Shown in pieces: positions 22,101-37,100 of a stretch of 64,000 nt of DNA. This DNA comes from a virus: the IMG/VR virus record IMGVR_UViG_3300008262_000008. One strand, 5' to 3'. The position numbers and the translations under genes were made by a program. Every line of letters begins with the position of its first letter. Position 1 is the stretch's first letter. The notes beneath the pieces are model-generated. The model had not been told where the DNA came from. It worked only from the letters and a program-made list of their open reading frames with translations, and did no database searches.

Positions 22101-25100
22101 ATCTGTAGCATTATATCTAACAGTAATTGTGCCAGTAGAATTTCTTAATATAGTTAATGCACCTGCATCAGATCCACTATTTCTAAAGTCAAGGAACGTC
22201 TGAGTTGCCGCTGTAGTTGGATAAATCCAACATTCAGTTGTCCAATTTCCAGATCCAAGATTAAATTTTTCAGTATCATTAATATATACCCAATCACTAG
22301 AACCTAAGGTTCTTAATGATGCACTACCAAATTTAAAGAATGTAGTATTTAAACGAGATGTAGATCCATTGACATTAATTTTCCAGTTAGAAATAGTTTC
22401 CCCAAGTGTAAATGAACCTGTAATTGGTCCTGTATAAATTGTTCTAACTGAAGGATCACTATTTAATAGTGTAGTCTCTGCACCAGAAGTTAATCCATAA
22501 ATTTTGGATGATCCTCCGATTACTGGGAAGTATGTTAATCCGCTAATATTTTTATATGAAAGTTTGCTACTATATAAAGTTTCTCCTTCTGTAAAATTGC
22601 CTGTTTTACCATTTACTGATAGTTTGATAGATGTGATAGTTTCATCCATTTCAAAATTGTTAGCATTTAATGCTGTATATTCAATTACATTATCTTCAAT
22701 TGATTGATATTCAATAAAGTTTGTATTTACAGAAACAGTATCATCATTAATATCTACTAACTTAGCAGAAGATTCGCTAATATCATCAACTACAACGTTT
22801 GGATTTTCTGGATCGACAATTCTATTAAATACTAATCCATTAAATGTTGTTCCAGAATTAATTTGTAATGGTGCGCCATCATTAACTGGAATTCCAGTTA
22901 CAGGATCTCTGTATGCCCCAAGGGCAGTAATTTTTACAATTTGTCCACTGCTCTTTCCATAGATATAATCACCACTAACAAGAGCAAATAATCCATTTGG
23001 ATTTTGAGGTGTTCCTGTAATTTTACTTAATACAAGGCGATCATCAATTTGTCTAAATGATATTGGTAATCCTGTAGTGTTTAAACATGGTTTATTAACA
23101 ACAATTTCAGTGAAGCTAATAACCTCAACTACTTTTGTATCTTCATCAATTCCAGGTCCAGAAACTTCAGCACCGACAACAATTAAAGGTCTTGTAGGTG
23201 GATAAGATACATTAGGTAAAGTTTCTAATCCATTTGCTAATCCATTAGTTAGGATTGCCATAGATGTAGCAATTGCTGATGCTTGTGATGCACATGATGG
23301 ATTTGTATCATCATCTGGTACTCCTAGGTTGGGGAATGGAGCACCTACAGGTTGTGAAATTGGAGCACTATCAGTATAATACTTACCACTCTGCATAACA
23401 AAATCTAAATTGCCAGATCCTGATGGAACGGATGTTGTTAATTGTACTTTTGTGCTATCTATAATTTTAAATACCTTGGTATTATTTGGAATTCCAGTTC
23501 CAGTAACTGTCATTCCTTCAATTACATTAACGGTACTTTGATCAACTAGTGTAATTGTTGAAGTACCATTTCTAATAACATTTAATTTTACTTTCCAACT
23601 ACGCATTGCAGCAATAGCAAGATTTCTTGCATAATTGAATGCATCAATAGTTTCTTCTAATTGATTGTTAATATGAACAAGAGTTGATCCTCTATAATAT
23701 GCCTCAGTAGATTCAATAATTCTATAATTTCCACCATACTCTAAATCGTCAGCAATTGCAGAAATTACATATCCAATATCTCTTGCACAAGTTTGATCAC
23801 TTACAGGAATTACTAAGTCTGGATATTTTGCTTTCACATATCCTAAAGCTTCTTGAGCAATAAAGGTAGAATTTAATCTAAGACCATTAGCAGCATCTGC
23901 ATTAACACCATTTTGTCCAGTTACAATACCTGTAGTGGTTGAAGATGGAAGTTTAATAGTAGTTGAACCAAATCCTTGCTGTGTAGTTCCATTTTGTGCA
24001 ATATAAGTGATTGGTGTTGTACCATTAATTACACAAGGATCTAAAGCAAAAATAGTTACGTTACTGTCTTCAACAAGAGCATCCTTACCATTTAGATTTA
24101 ATACAGTTTCATCCTTGGTGAAAATAGTCGATGGATTTGTAACATCTGACCAATTACCAGGATTTCTTAGTGGAAGAGAACTTAGATTTGCTTGCTGAAT
24201 ACAAGTTGTTAAAATTGTTACTAGAGTAGAAAGTGAATTTCTTACGTCTGTGCAACCAAAAGGATTGGTATTTGAAGAATTTCCTTGTTCTGGTGAAGGA
24301 TCTGCAATAATACTTAGATCTTTAACTGTTAATTGATTATTTGCAGCTTGACCTGCCCAATAAGCAACTTTTTGGAAACCGTAAATACTCTGTACTTCTT
24401 CTCCAACTAATCCATTTGCAAGAGGACTACCATCAGCAGTAAAGTAATACTTAGTATTATCCCAAATATTTGAATTACCGCCACTAGAAATATCTGCTGC
24501 TAAAGCAGTTGTAATATAACCCATGTCTCTCTTGCACTTCAATTCTCCAGGAGAATAAGGAGAATTACTAATAATTGTTCCAGGTAGTCCATTCAAGTTG
24601 CCATTTGTAAGAGCAGTAGTTAGATACAATGACAATGTAGTAATTGTACTTCTAACATTAGCACATGAAGTTGCACTAGTATTTGATCCTGTCGCAGGAT
24701 CAGCAGTGATATTAAGATCCTTAAATCCTAACTGATTAGTAACAGCTTGGATCATTAGATCTCTAGCTTGATTAAATGCATAGACTGATTGAGTTTGCTC
24801 ACCTAATACACCATTAGTAATTAATGCACCCTGAGATGTAAAGTATGCCTTAATAGCAGTGATAGTATTGATATTGTTACCATCGTATAAATCTTGAGAA
24901 ATAGCATCTACAATATAACCAATATCTCTCTTACATTTTGCTTTTGCTGCAAGCACTGATGGACTTTGTAGTTCTGGTAATGCAGTAAGTGTTCCCGCTT
25001 GTAAAGTGCTTGTCAAAATTAATACTAAAGTACTAATTGTTGATTGTACATCAGTACATGCATTTGGATTTCCAGATTGCAAATTAGATTCTAATACGTC

Positions 25101-28100
25101 CCCAACTCCTTCTACAGCTGGACCTGCAGAAATTGAAAGATCTTTATTATACAGTTGATTAGTTGCTGCTTTCTTCATCATGTCACGAGCCATATTGAAG
25201 GCAACTACAGATTGATCAACTTCTCCATTTACACCATTACTAATTAATGTAGTTCCTGCAGTATTAAAGTATGCTTTAGTTGCAGTGATTGTTGAAGCAT
25301 TTCCACCAATTCCAATGTCACTTGCAATAGCATCAACAATATAACCAATGTCTCTACGGCACTTATTTTCACCAGTATTAAATGAACTTGTTCCTTCTGA
25401 TGGCAGTGTAGCAACACTTGAAGTGGAAATTGCAGTTGTGACAATAGCAGTTAGAGTGTCAATTGCTGTTCTAACATTAGCACAAGAATTTGGACTTACA
25501 TTACTTTGAGTTAAAGGATCTTCAGTTAAAGTTAAATCTTTAGTGTATAGTTGATTAGTTACCGCCTTCTTCATCATATCACGAGCCATGTTGAAGGATA
25601 CTACAGATTGTGCAGTTTCTCCGACTAGTCCATTTGAAATAGGAGTTCCTTTGTTGAAATATTGTAAAACAAACTTTCTACTATACTTATTGTTCTCTAA
25701 GAATACATCTAGAGAAATAGCATCAATGAAATACTTAATGTCTCTTAGGCACTTAGATTTGCCAGCTACATATGATCCAGAATTTTCCGTAGGTAAACTT
25801 TCAATTCCTCCAGTTCCAAATACAGTAGTTATGACACCAATTAATGTATCAATCGCACTTTGAACGTTTGCACAAGAATCAATACTTACATTACTGTTTG
25901 TTGCACTATCCGCAGTTAAAGTTAAATCTTTTACATATAATTGATTAGTTACCGCTTTCTTCATCATATTACGAGCCTGGTTAAATGCTGAAATTGATTG
26001 TGCATATTCACCAAGTAGTCCATTTGTTAATGGTTGACCATTAACAAAATATTGCTGTGCAAATTTTCTAGTATACTTGTTTCCAAGCATGAATACATCT
26101 AGAGATACTGCATCTACCAAGTAACCAAGATCTCTACGACACTTCAATTCATTAGTCTGATATGAACCAGCATTTTCGATTGGTAGTAGATTTAAATCTC
26201 TAGCAATTAATGTTGTTGTAATTAGATTGGTTAAATTGTCGATTGATGTTCTAACATTTGCACATGATTGTGGAGATTGATTTGAACCGATTAATGGATC
26301 TGGGGTTAAACTTAAATCTTTCACATATAATTGATTAGTAATAGCTGATTTCATCATATCACGAGCCATATTGAAAGCAACTATTGCTTGATCTTCTTCA
26401 TCTTGAATACCATTTGTTATAGGTGTGGTTGTAGCTGAGAAATACTGCTCTACAAATTTTCTACTATATTTGTTTCCTTCTAAGAAAATATCTAAAGAAA
26501 CAGCATCGATAAAGTGACCAATATCTCTACGGCACTTTAATTCATTAACATTATATTGACCAGCATTTTCAGATGGTAGACTACTAATTGATCCACTACC
26601 CAACGCAGTAGTTGCGATTAAAGATAGGTTATCAATTAGTGTTCTTACATTAGCGCATGAGTTTGTATTTGTATTTGATCCTGTGTCTGGGTCTGGTGTT
26701 ATAGTTAAATCTTTAATAGTTAGTTGATTAGTTAATGCCCTCTTCATCAGAGTTCTAGCCTGATTGAATGCTTCAACAGAAGCTAACTCCTCTCCAACTA
26801 AACCATTAATAATTGGAACACCATTATTAAAGTACTGTAGAACAAATTGTCTTGTATATTTATTTCCTTCTAAGAACACATCTAGAGAAACAGCATCAAC
26901 AAAATAACCAATATCTCTCTTGCACTTCAACTCTGTTGCCGCAGCTGCAGGATATACATTTAACATGTTATTCCATGCAGTCAGTACAATTTCTGTCTTG
27001 TTTAGTTGAATTAAACGATATGCATCATTAAATCTACTATGAGTATCACTTCTGGTATCACCTGGGAAATAGAAATCTTCAAACTGGACTGCAATCTCTG
27101 CCAGAGATCTATCTGCAATTTCGTCTCTATTTTGCTGAATTAGACGATAAGCATCATTAAATCTACTTGAAGAATTAGATTGAGGATCTCCAGGAAATAC
27201 AAAATCTGGGTGCTCAATTGCTACTTGAGCAAGAGATTTATCTAAAATTTCATCTTTATTCTGTTGGATTAGACGATAAGCATCATTAAATCTACTTTGA
27301 GCATCTGTTGTTTGATCACCAGGGAATACAAAATCAGGATATTGAGTAGCAATCTCTGCAATAGATCTATCTGCAATTTCATCTCTATTCTGTTGAATTA
27401 GACGATAGGCATCATTAAATCTACTATGAGTATCTGATTGTACATCTCCTGGATAATAAAAATCTGGATATTGAACAGCAATTTCAGCAAGGGATCTATC
27501 AAGAATTTCTGCTCTATTTGCAAGAATTAAGTTCTTAGCATCTAGATATCTATTTGAAACTAGTGGTTCAATTCCAACAGTTGAACCTGGATCAGCACCA
27601 AAAGTAAATGTTGGGAATTGTGTTTGAATTCTTGCAGATGCAGTATCAATAATTTCTTGGCGATTTGCTTGGATTAAACGATAACCATCTTTAAATCTAT
27701 AAGAATTGGTAGGAGCTCCTGGATATACAAAGTCTGGATAGTTTGCAAAAATATAGGATTGTTGATCAGCAAATGCCTCCTTAACAACCTCATCTTTGTT
27801 TGCAACAATTAGTTCACTTGCATTTCTGTATCTTCCGATTGATGGATGATTAAGATTTTGAATTCTTGAAATAGTTGCGATTAATCCAGTAGATGAAGCT
27901 CTGATTTCTTCTAATTCAATAAATTCATCATAACCTGTTTGAGTGCTTGGAACATAATTACTTACTGTTAGTTTAGTAATACCATTTAAGTTTGTAATTG
28001 TGTGATCGGTTGTCTTTCCAAGTCTATTAGTTCCTAGTGTAGTAATATCAATTCCAACTCCACCTAAAGCATTTGCATAAGTATTTGCTAGTTTAATTCT

Positions 28101-31100
28101 AGATTCATCCACTCTGATTACATATAAGGTAATGTTGCCAGCTGGAATAGGATCTAGAGGAATTACACCTACAGGTACTGTATAACGAACTTCTGTGCCT
28201 GTAACAAATGAGTGCTTTCCAATAGTAATTGTATTGCTTAAAATATCAACAACTTGGGATGAAGATCCATCAAATGAAACTGATGGTAAGACACTTTCAG
28301 AACTAATTACTGAAGCTCTAACTTTTGAAGTTTGACCAACAATAGTACGTCCTAAATCAGGAATAACCCCTGCAATATTCTCAATCCAAATTTCGGATTG
28401 GAATACCTTATCAATTTCAATCTGAACGTATTTTACAGTTGTCGCAGGTTGTGGAGGATCTGAAAATACAATACCTTGAACAGTTTTGGTAATTGTTTGA
28501 TTGGGATTATCAGGATCAGGTTCTGTAATTTGTAGACCATTAACAATTGTATATGCTTTTCCAGGAGCTTGAACAATTCCATTTAAACTAATCAAAAGTT
28601 TATCAGCACTAACAATTGAATTTGTACCATTAATTGTTAATGGGAATGCAGTTCTAGTTCCATCAAATAAACTAGAAATATCATCAAATTCTTGAACAGT
28701 TGAAGTAATAATTTGTTCAGATGAAGTAAGTCTCTTACTTCTGAATATAACAACCGAATTGTCAAATTCACTATATCTTGGTTCTACAATAGCAAATGAT
28801 TCTACAGTATTGAGGTCTGCAATTTCACCAACACTTACACTTCTAGTAACTTCAATTGAAGGATCATTTTTTCTAGTTTCTTGTACACTATCTAAGACTA
28901 GTTCTCCAAAAACTTGGAATCCAGCTGGATGAGTGTTTTTCTTTATGCTATCTCTCCACTTAGAAATTACAACTTTACTCTTAATAGCATAGGAGAAATT
29001 TTGATAATAATAACTATCTTGTAATCTTTGAATAATTTCACTTGGTTTTCCAGTATCATCTGCAAATTTTCCAGATGTTTGTGTTACCGCATTGATATTT
29101 AAAACACCTCTAGCTCTAGAGATATTATCAATAATTCCACTAGACTTCGATACTAATCCTGTTACTTTTTGCCCTTCAATGAATTCACCGCTATAATTTT
29201 CTAACTTTAGAAGTCTTGGACCAGTTTGCCAACCATTATTTTTAGATACATATCCAAATGCAGTTTGTTCAGATAATGAATTGCCCTGATATACATATTC
29301 ATCAGATAAAAATCTAGCTGTTTCAACTATAGCTTCTGCTGTTCCACCAAAACTTTCTGTGAATATAATTAATCTTCCATTTCCACTATTAATTAATGTA
29401 ATTGCATCTCCAATTTCAGCTCCTTGTGGAGTTAATGCTATTTTTAGTTGATCTGCATCTAAAGAATTTTCAGATCCTGCAATTGCATAATATGTCTGAG
29501 TTGTAGATAATCTACCAAAACTTGATAATGGCAATTCTGGAGTTCCAATAGTTGTAGTTCCTTCAACGGCAGCAAAAGATATTTCTGCACCATTTGGAAT
29601 TCCATGAGGTGATGAGAATTGTAAGTAATTTAGATCAACGTTAACTACAAATGTGAAAGAAGATTTAAGTGCAACATCTGGAGCTGATGAATATCCAGTT
29701 CCAGGATTCTTGATTTCAATTGCAGAAATTCTGCCATTTTTAATAACAGCTTCAGCTTCTGCTCCCACTCCTCCACCACCTGTAATAATAACAGCAGGTG
29801 CAACAGTATATCCACTACCAGGGTCAGTTACATTGATTGATCTTAAAATACTTGTATTTAATAACTGTAAGTTTACAGGGAAGTTAATCTCTGGTTTTAA
29901 TGTATAATCATGAGAGTAATCAAATCCAAAGTTATTATTTTTTAATTTTTTAATTTTTCCAATATTAGTACCCTTCAAATATAATGAAGATCCCGATCCT
30001 CTAGGTGGAATAATTACATTAATTTTTCCACCACCACCTTGTAATTGTGGTCCTAAAATACCATCAATACCTTCAATATCAATTGATCCAAATGTATAAC
30101 CTTTTCCAGCACTAGTTAAAGATGCTGAGGTGATCTTACCAGTTTCATTTCCAGGTTCTCCTTCCAAGGTAACTTCAAGTTCAATAAATCCACCAACTCC
30201 GTCACCAATAATAGGAATCTTTGTATATACACCAGGTTCATATTCAGTTCCTTGATTTTCAATTTGTATTCTTTCAATGGTTCTTACTGCGCTAATATCT
30301 GTAACGACTGGTAATTTCTTATAAAATCCTCCAGGACTTACAAATTCAATATCTGCAATTGGACCATCAGCTGTTGTTGAAGTAGTGACATATGAAGTAT
30401 TTTCTGCAATAGCAGGACCTTCTGGTTCAAAAGGTAATTCAATCGAGAATTTATAATCACCACTGGTAACAGTTCCACCAGAAGTAGAATAAACTTTAAA
30501 TTTGCCTGCATATGGAGTTGATCTCACAATTGCATATGCATTTTCAGTAACTGGAGATTCATCTCCCAGGTGTGAAGGATCAAAATAATATGTAATACTA
30601 GACGCTAAGTTATCCACTTTAAAGGTCACTTTTGGTGAACTTCCAGCAGCATCAATACCAGGAGTTCCAATTCTAATAATATTGTTGAATGAATATTCAA
30701 TTCTGTTTAAACTATCTCTTGAGAAAGATAGGAAATAACCTAAATTTGATGGATGACTTAAATCGAAGTTGTATTGATGACCATAGATAAAATTAAGTAC
30801 AGGAGACTTTGCGTAAATAATAATTCCACTAGCAGCTGCAGGATTAGATGTTGCATCTGCTGGTAAATTAAATGTGAAACTTCTACTTGAAATAATATCA
30901 TTAACTGAAAAACTTCCATCATATTCACTTGGAGAACCTACGCTCCCATTACCTTCAATAAAGATAATATTATCTCTATTCAAATAGTGTGCTGTTTGAG
31001 TACCAACATAAACTTGATTAGTAGCAGAAATTCCAGATGGAATAATTCTAATAATTTTATCTACAGTTGTAATAACTGTGATGTTCTTAACAAGTCCTAA

Positions 31101-34100
31101 TCCAGATATAGTTAAAGTTGTTTTTTCTGTACCAGCAGGACTGGTATTCAATGAAATCTGAGTTACATCTAGAGAAATTAGAGAATTTTTAAAGTAATTA
31201 GATGTTGTTTGAGTTCCAATATATTCCCAAGTTATAGTGCCATCAGCAGCAGTACCTGATACATGTGTTGGAGCAGTAGATCCTGATGTTCCAGATACTG
31301 TAGAGCGATATACTAGTCCAGTAGTAGTATTCTTAACATACTGATCTGCCGAATAAGATGTATTACCAGTCCAATTTGTTACACTGTATAATTCATTAAT
31401 TAAAATATAATAAATTCCTTCAGCAAAATCCTTAAATCTTGCAGCATCATCATTTGGAATTTTTAGAGTAAATGTTCCTGCAGTACCAACTCCAGGAGTT
31501 ACTGTTGTTGTTGCAGAAGTGGTTGTTAAACTCCAAAATACGGTTGATTGATTTGCAACTTCATATACTCTTTCTCCTGCAACAAATAGACCATTGTAAT
31601 TTTCAACAACTAGTGTCCTTGTTCCAGAGTTCCAAGAAGTAACTACAGCGGTCGATCCGCTGGTAGCACCTTTTACCTTGTTACCAACAGTAAAGTCACC
31701 AGTTCCACCTGCTTGGAAATTTAGTTGCGTTTTAAAACTATAAAGTCTATATTCTTTAATTTCATTTACATCATTAATATTATCTGAAACTAACTCTGAT
31801 AACTCAGTTATAGTTGTTTGATCACTAAAATTAGTTGCATCAGTATTATATGCTACGTACACATACTTATTTACAGTATCTACTTTTGTAATAACTGCAT
31901 TCTGAGTTTTTAATCCAGTTGCATATACCTTTTCAGAAATAGTTGCACCTGGAGTAAAGTTTGCAGATTGATTTAATGTAAATCTCTTAACATTTCTAAA
32001 TTTGGTTGGAATAGTATTTCTAATATAAAATTTACTACCTTTCTTACAATTAACTTTTAACTTAATACCACCTGGGGTAGGAATAGTAGCAGTTCTAGAT
32101 GCCCAAGTATTTACTGATGATGAGCAAGTTACATAGTCTGATTGTAAATTTGAATTTAATTCATTAAAGTCAAGAATAGTTGCGTTATCAACTCCAGGAA
32201 TATAATCCTGTATATCAATTGAAGTATCTTGAACTGTGGATTGAGACCACGCAGAAGCACTACTGTAAATATAATTGTAGGTATAACTTACAGTAGTTAC
32301 TGTAGCAGTTCCACTAGGTCCAGTAATAGTCATTCCTGGATAGATTATTGCGCTAGGTGAAGTTAATGTAAGTGTTAACACTGCTCCAACACCAAATCCC
32401 GATAAACTATACGCTGACACTGCAGCTGATCCACCTGTATATGTAATAGTTTGGTTGTTGGCAAAGGATCCAGAAACAATAGTTGCAACAATATTTGCAA
32501 AAGTACTGTTGTAATTACCTAATTTATTTGCTTCTCTATTTTTATCAATTTTAATTAAAATTCCTTCTTTTGGTACAATAATTCCAGAGGAAAATTGATT
32601 GACTGTTGCTGTTACTTGTTGTCCAGTTAATGATGATCCAGTATATCTTGCATATGGAGAAAGTCTAAATTCATCCACATATCCATTTAGAGGTTGAGTT
32701 GCTCCATTAGCAGATCCGATATAAATTGGATTTGGAGTCGATACAGTAGTTGCAGTAGATGAGTTAATAATTCTAACACCATTTAGATATACATAATAAT
32801 TTAAATTTTCTTTAACTAATGCAATATGATGCCATGTATCAGATGTAAATGCGTTGGATGAAGAATTGCCTAAATTTTCGGCACTTCCTGTTCCTCTAAG
32901 TTGTAAATTAATAACTCCTGTTGCACGAGTATATCTTAGAGTAATATGGTTTGTAGATCCAACATTACCACATGAGAAAAGAACTGGAGTAGTGCCTCCT
33001 GTAGATCCAGATCTGAAAAATCCCTCCAGAGTAAAATTGGTATTTGACATTAAATTGCCAATCGGCGTTGATGCTGCAGGAATTGAGAATGCATCTGTAG
33101 AACCACTTGGAATGTAAAGAGATGCAGTTCCATGCTTAAATTCTGCAGTACTAATTGTAGATGCTCCTCCGAAGGTAACACCGTTTCTCTTATTGAAACT
33201 TGAGTCTACTACAGAAGTGGAACCATTTACACCATCAAAATGATATAGTATGAAAGTATCTGAATTATAAGCACTATATCCAGATACTAAAGTATCTCCC
33301 GATGCATCTCCATGAACAGATGTTGGATAGAATGAAAATCCTTTTGTTGTAGAGCTATTAGCATTTTCCGAAGCAAATAATTTACTATTTGAAACTAAAT
33401 CTCCATCATAACTCAATTTAATTTGATATGAATATACTTCACTATCTGTAGTAACACTTGTTAAAATTTGTATTTGTCCAAAAATATCAATATTTGATGA
33501 AACATATCTTGTCTCTACTGCTGCAACATCCGTACATGAGAATGCTTTATGCCATCTTAAAGTTATAGTATCATATCCTGTATTGGGATATTCTATTTCA
33601 TTTGCATTAATAGACATTACTGCAAATTGAGATGCTCCACTGTAATTATAAGTGATGATAATATCATCAAATTCATTAATTCTAAGGGATACATCACTGA
33701 CATCACTAACACAAGTAATATCCTTTATGAAATGTAAATCAATTGCTCGTGTACTTTCATTCCAACTTGCCTTGCCATAAAGTATATTAGTTGGAGCATT
33801 TGGAGTTATAATATCCAAAACTTCTCCAGTAAAATGAATATTGTCTTTGCTATCTATAGCAATAGATGTAATTTTTTCACTATATCCACCAAGAGAAATT
33901 TTTCTTCTCTTAATAACATCTCCATCATTTCTTAAGAATACAAGATAAGCATCCTGTGGAGATACTGAATTAGTATTTGTATATCCTGCAACGAATAAAT
34001 CACCATTTTTATCTGCAGCAATTCCAGTGATTGTATCTTGCCTAATAGCACCGCTAACACCAGATATTTCTTTTTGCCAAGTTAATGTGCATACAAGACC

Positions 34101-37100
34101 AGTAGAATTTTCAGTGTACTTTGCAATCACAATATCTGGATTAAATTGTGTTGTAGTATTTGGTTTTGTTTGACCAACTACAAAAATTTCTTGTCCTTTA
34201 ACAATAATTTTTTGGAAATCAGCATAACGTAAACCTTGACCTGGATATGGAGATGATAAACTCTTTTGCCAAATTAAAGTGCCACTATCATTGTATTTTG
34301 CCATGATAGCAACAATATTTCCATTAGAATCTGCTGCCTTACCACAAATATAATAATATTTTTCTGAAGTTCCAAATATATCATTAATTACGACATTATT
34401 ATATTGTGTCCAGTGTTTCGCAAAGAAATAATTAGTTTTCTTGTAAATCTGTGGGTGTGAAATTATTAATCTAGGATCAAAAGTATATGAATTACCAGAA
34501 TTAATAATATTAACTTTTTCAATTACTCCTGTAGATTGCAATACTGGTTCTACAATTGCATCAGAACCATCTCCAGAAATTTCAATAGATGGAGGAATGT
34601 CAGAATTATAACCAGTACCAGGTTGTACAATGTCTAATTTTTCAATACCATCAATAACTCTCACTTTATAATCCTTTTGATTTTGGATCATAATAGGTGT
34701 AGTATCAACAAAAACAGTATCTCCAACTTGTAAATTATGTTCTAAATTAGTTGAAGTACCACCATCATTTTCAGTACAAGTAATTGTTCCGATTGGAGTA
34801 TCTCCATCAGATCCACCCAAAGCAAAAGTATATGCACTGATCGTTTTTCCTTCCACTTTAGAAATACGAGCAGAAACTCCATACCCATCAGTATCAGTTT
34901 CATCAAATACTAATTTGTCTCCTACCTTGTAATTATTTCCAGCATTTTCAATTACATAACCATCAATTTTTGCGGATTCAAATTTAGTAGTAGTATCAAT
35001 TTCAATATCTACTCTAGATTCTTCTCTAACTGATGGGAAATAGTCATATAAACCAATTACATCTTCTTGTCTATAAGATGGAATTGCATCAGATAATTCT
35101 GCAATAGTGTCTCCAAGAAGTGCATTTGATAAACCAAAAGTAATTCTATCACCAGGTTCTAAGATACCTATATCAGATAGATATACCCAATTAACACCTC
35201 CATCATTATAACCAGATCTTACTGTTGGTTGACTAGCACCAGAAATTGCAGTATTAGAACATCTATATAATTTACCAGTATTAAATCCGTCTCCATCCGA
35301 ATATACTATTTGCCCTGCGGTGTATTGTGTATTTGGTTCCCAACGACCTGCCTCTTTAGTATATGCATAATATCTTAAAGATATAGTATTTTCGATTGGA
35401 TCATATAAATTAACTATTGCTTTAATTTGTCTACTTAATGTAGTACCAATTGTTCTCGTTGAAGTAATTATACTATTTTCAGTAAAATTACCAACAACAT
35501 TAGCTAATTCATATGCAATATTAATAAATCCACTTTGATCACTATCTTCTACTTCAAATGTTAAAAGTTCCCCATCTTCAGTAATATAATCCCCAACAAT
35601 ACCAAATGTTGTTCTGTCTAAATCAGTATCAACATTTTCAAAAGGATCCCTAAATCTTACAACGTCTAGTGGGAGATATGCTTGAATTGAATCTGCAGAT
35701 AAATTCCAAGCATCAACTTGAGAATAATATTTTGGACCAATAACATATGGGAAAGTAGGAATACCTTGCAAATTATCTAGATTTGTAGTATCTTCTACTA
35801 TAGTTACAAAGTATGCATATGTTCCTTCTGGGAATTCTGGGGTTTTGCAAAATCTTCCGTTATATTCATCTAAGGTTCCCAAATTATAAGAGAATTCATA
35901 ATCTTGGATAAATGATCCAGCTGGATATTCCGAGAGAAGTGGTCCGTCAATTCTTTCTGGAGAAGAAGATGTTAGGCTATCTAGCAACTTGTAACTAGAT
36001 ACCATTCTTTCAATAATACTCTTATCATCTGTAGGGTCGGAATAACCATATGGTCCATAAATCGGACTACCATCATAAGCCCAACCTAAGATAGGAGAAT
36101 GTACTAAACCTTCAATTTTTTCTGCTACTTGTCCATTTCTAATTTCTAAGTTATCTCCTAAAACATATCTCAATTGTCTTGGGTCAGACAAATGAGCATA
36201 ATCTCCACCAAATTGATTATTTAATCCAGAGAACACATATCCTCTAGATGCATCTAGTTGCTTTTCAAATGCATAGTTGAATATCCATTCAAATACCTTA
36301 CATTCAAATCTTGCACCAGATCCAACAGATTTTAGAACAATTTGAGTTGATCCTTGATTATAATTAATACCTCTGTTTAAAATTTCAATATTCAGAACTT
36401 TACCAATAGAATCTCCAGAAGTCGAAATAATTGCTCTTGCCTTAGCACCAAAACCATCTCCATAAATTTCAACTTCTGGTGGAGAAGTATATCCAATACC
36501 AGCATTAATAACCGCAATAGATACAATTCTACCATTATTAACAATAGCTAATGCTTCAGCACCTCTTCCACTAGAAACTTCAATGGTTGGTGCTGCAATA
36601 TATCCTTCTCCATAATTAGTGACATTAATATTTTGAATTGGTCCCCTAACTGAAGCATATGCTGAAGCACCATCGCCACCGCCACCAGAAATACTAATAG
36701 TTGGAGTTGAAGTATAACCTTCTCCACCAAAATCAACAAGAATTTTACTTAGTTTATTGTTAGTAATAACTGCAGTAGCGGATGCACCTGATCCACCTCC
36801 TCCAACGATTGAAATTAGAGGTTGGGAAGTATATCCATCTCCAGCATTTTCAACAATAATTTCCGTAATAGAACCATTTACAACAACATCAGCAGCTGCG
36901 CCTGATCCACCACCGCCAGTAAATACAATATTTGGTGGATTTCCTGCATCATAACCACCACCATTATCCAAAATTTTAATATCACTTAGTTTACCATATT
37001 TTAATGATTCGCTGGATTTATAGTTCCAAACAGATACTCCATTAATCCAAGAACCTACTGCTCCTGGAGCAGTATCAGTCTTAACTGAAATTGTGTTCTG

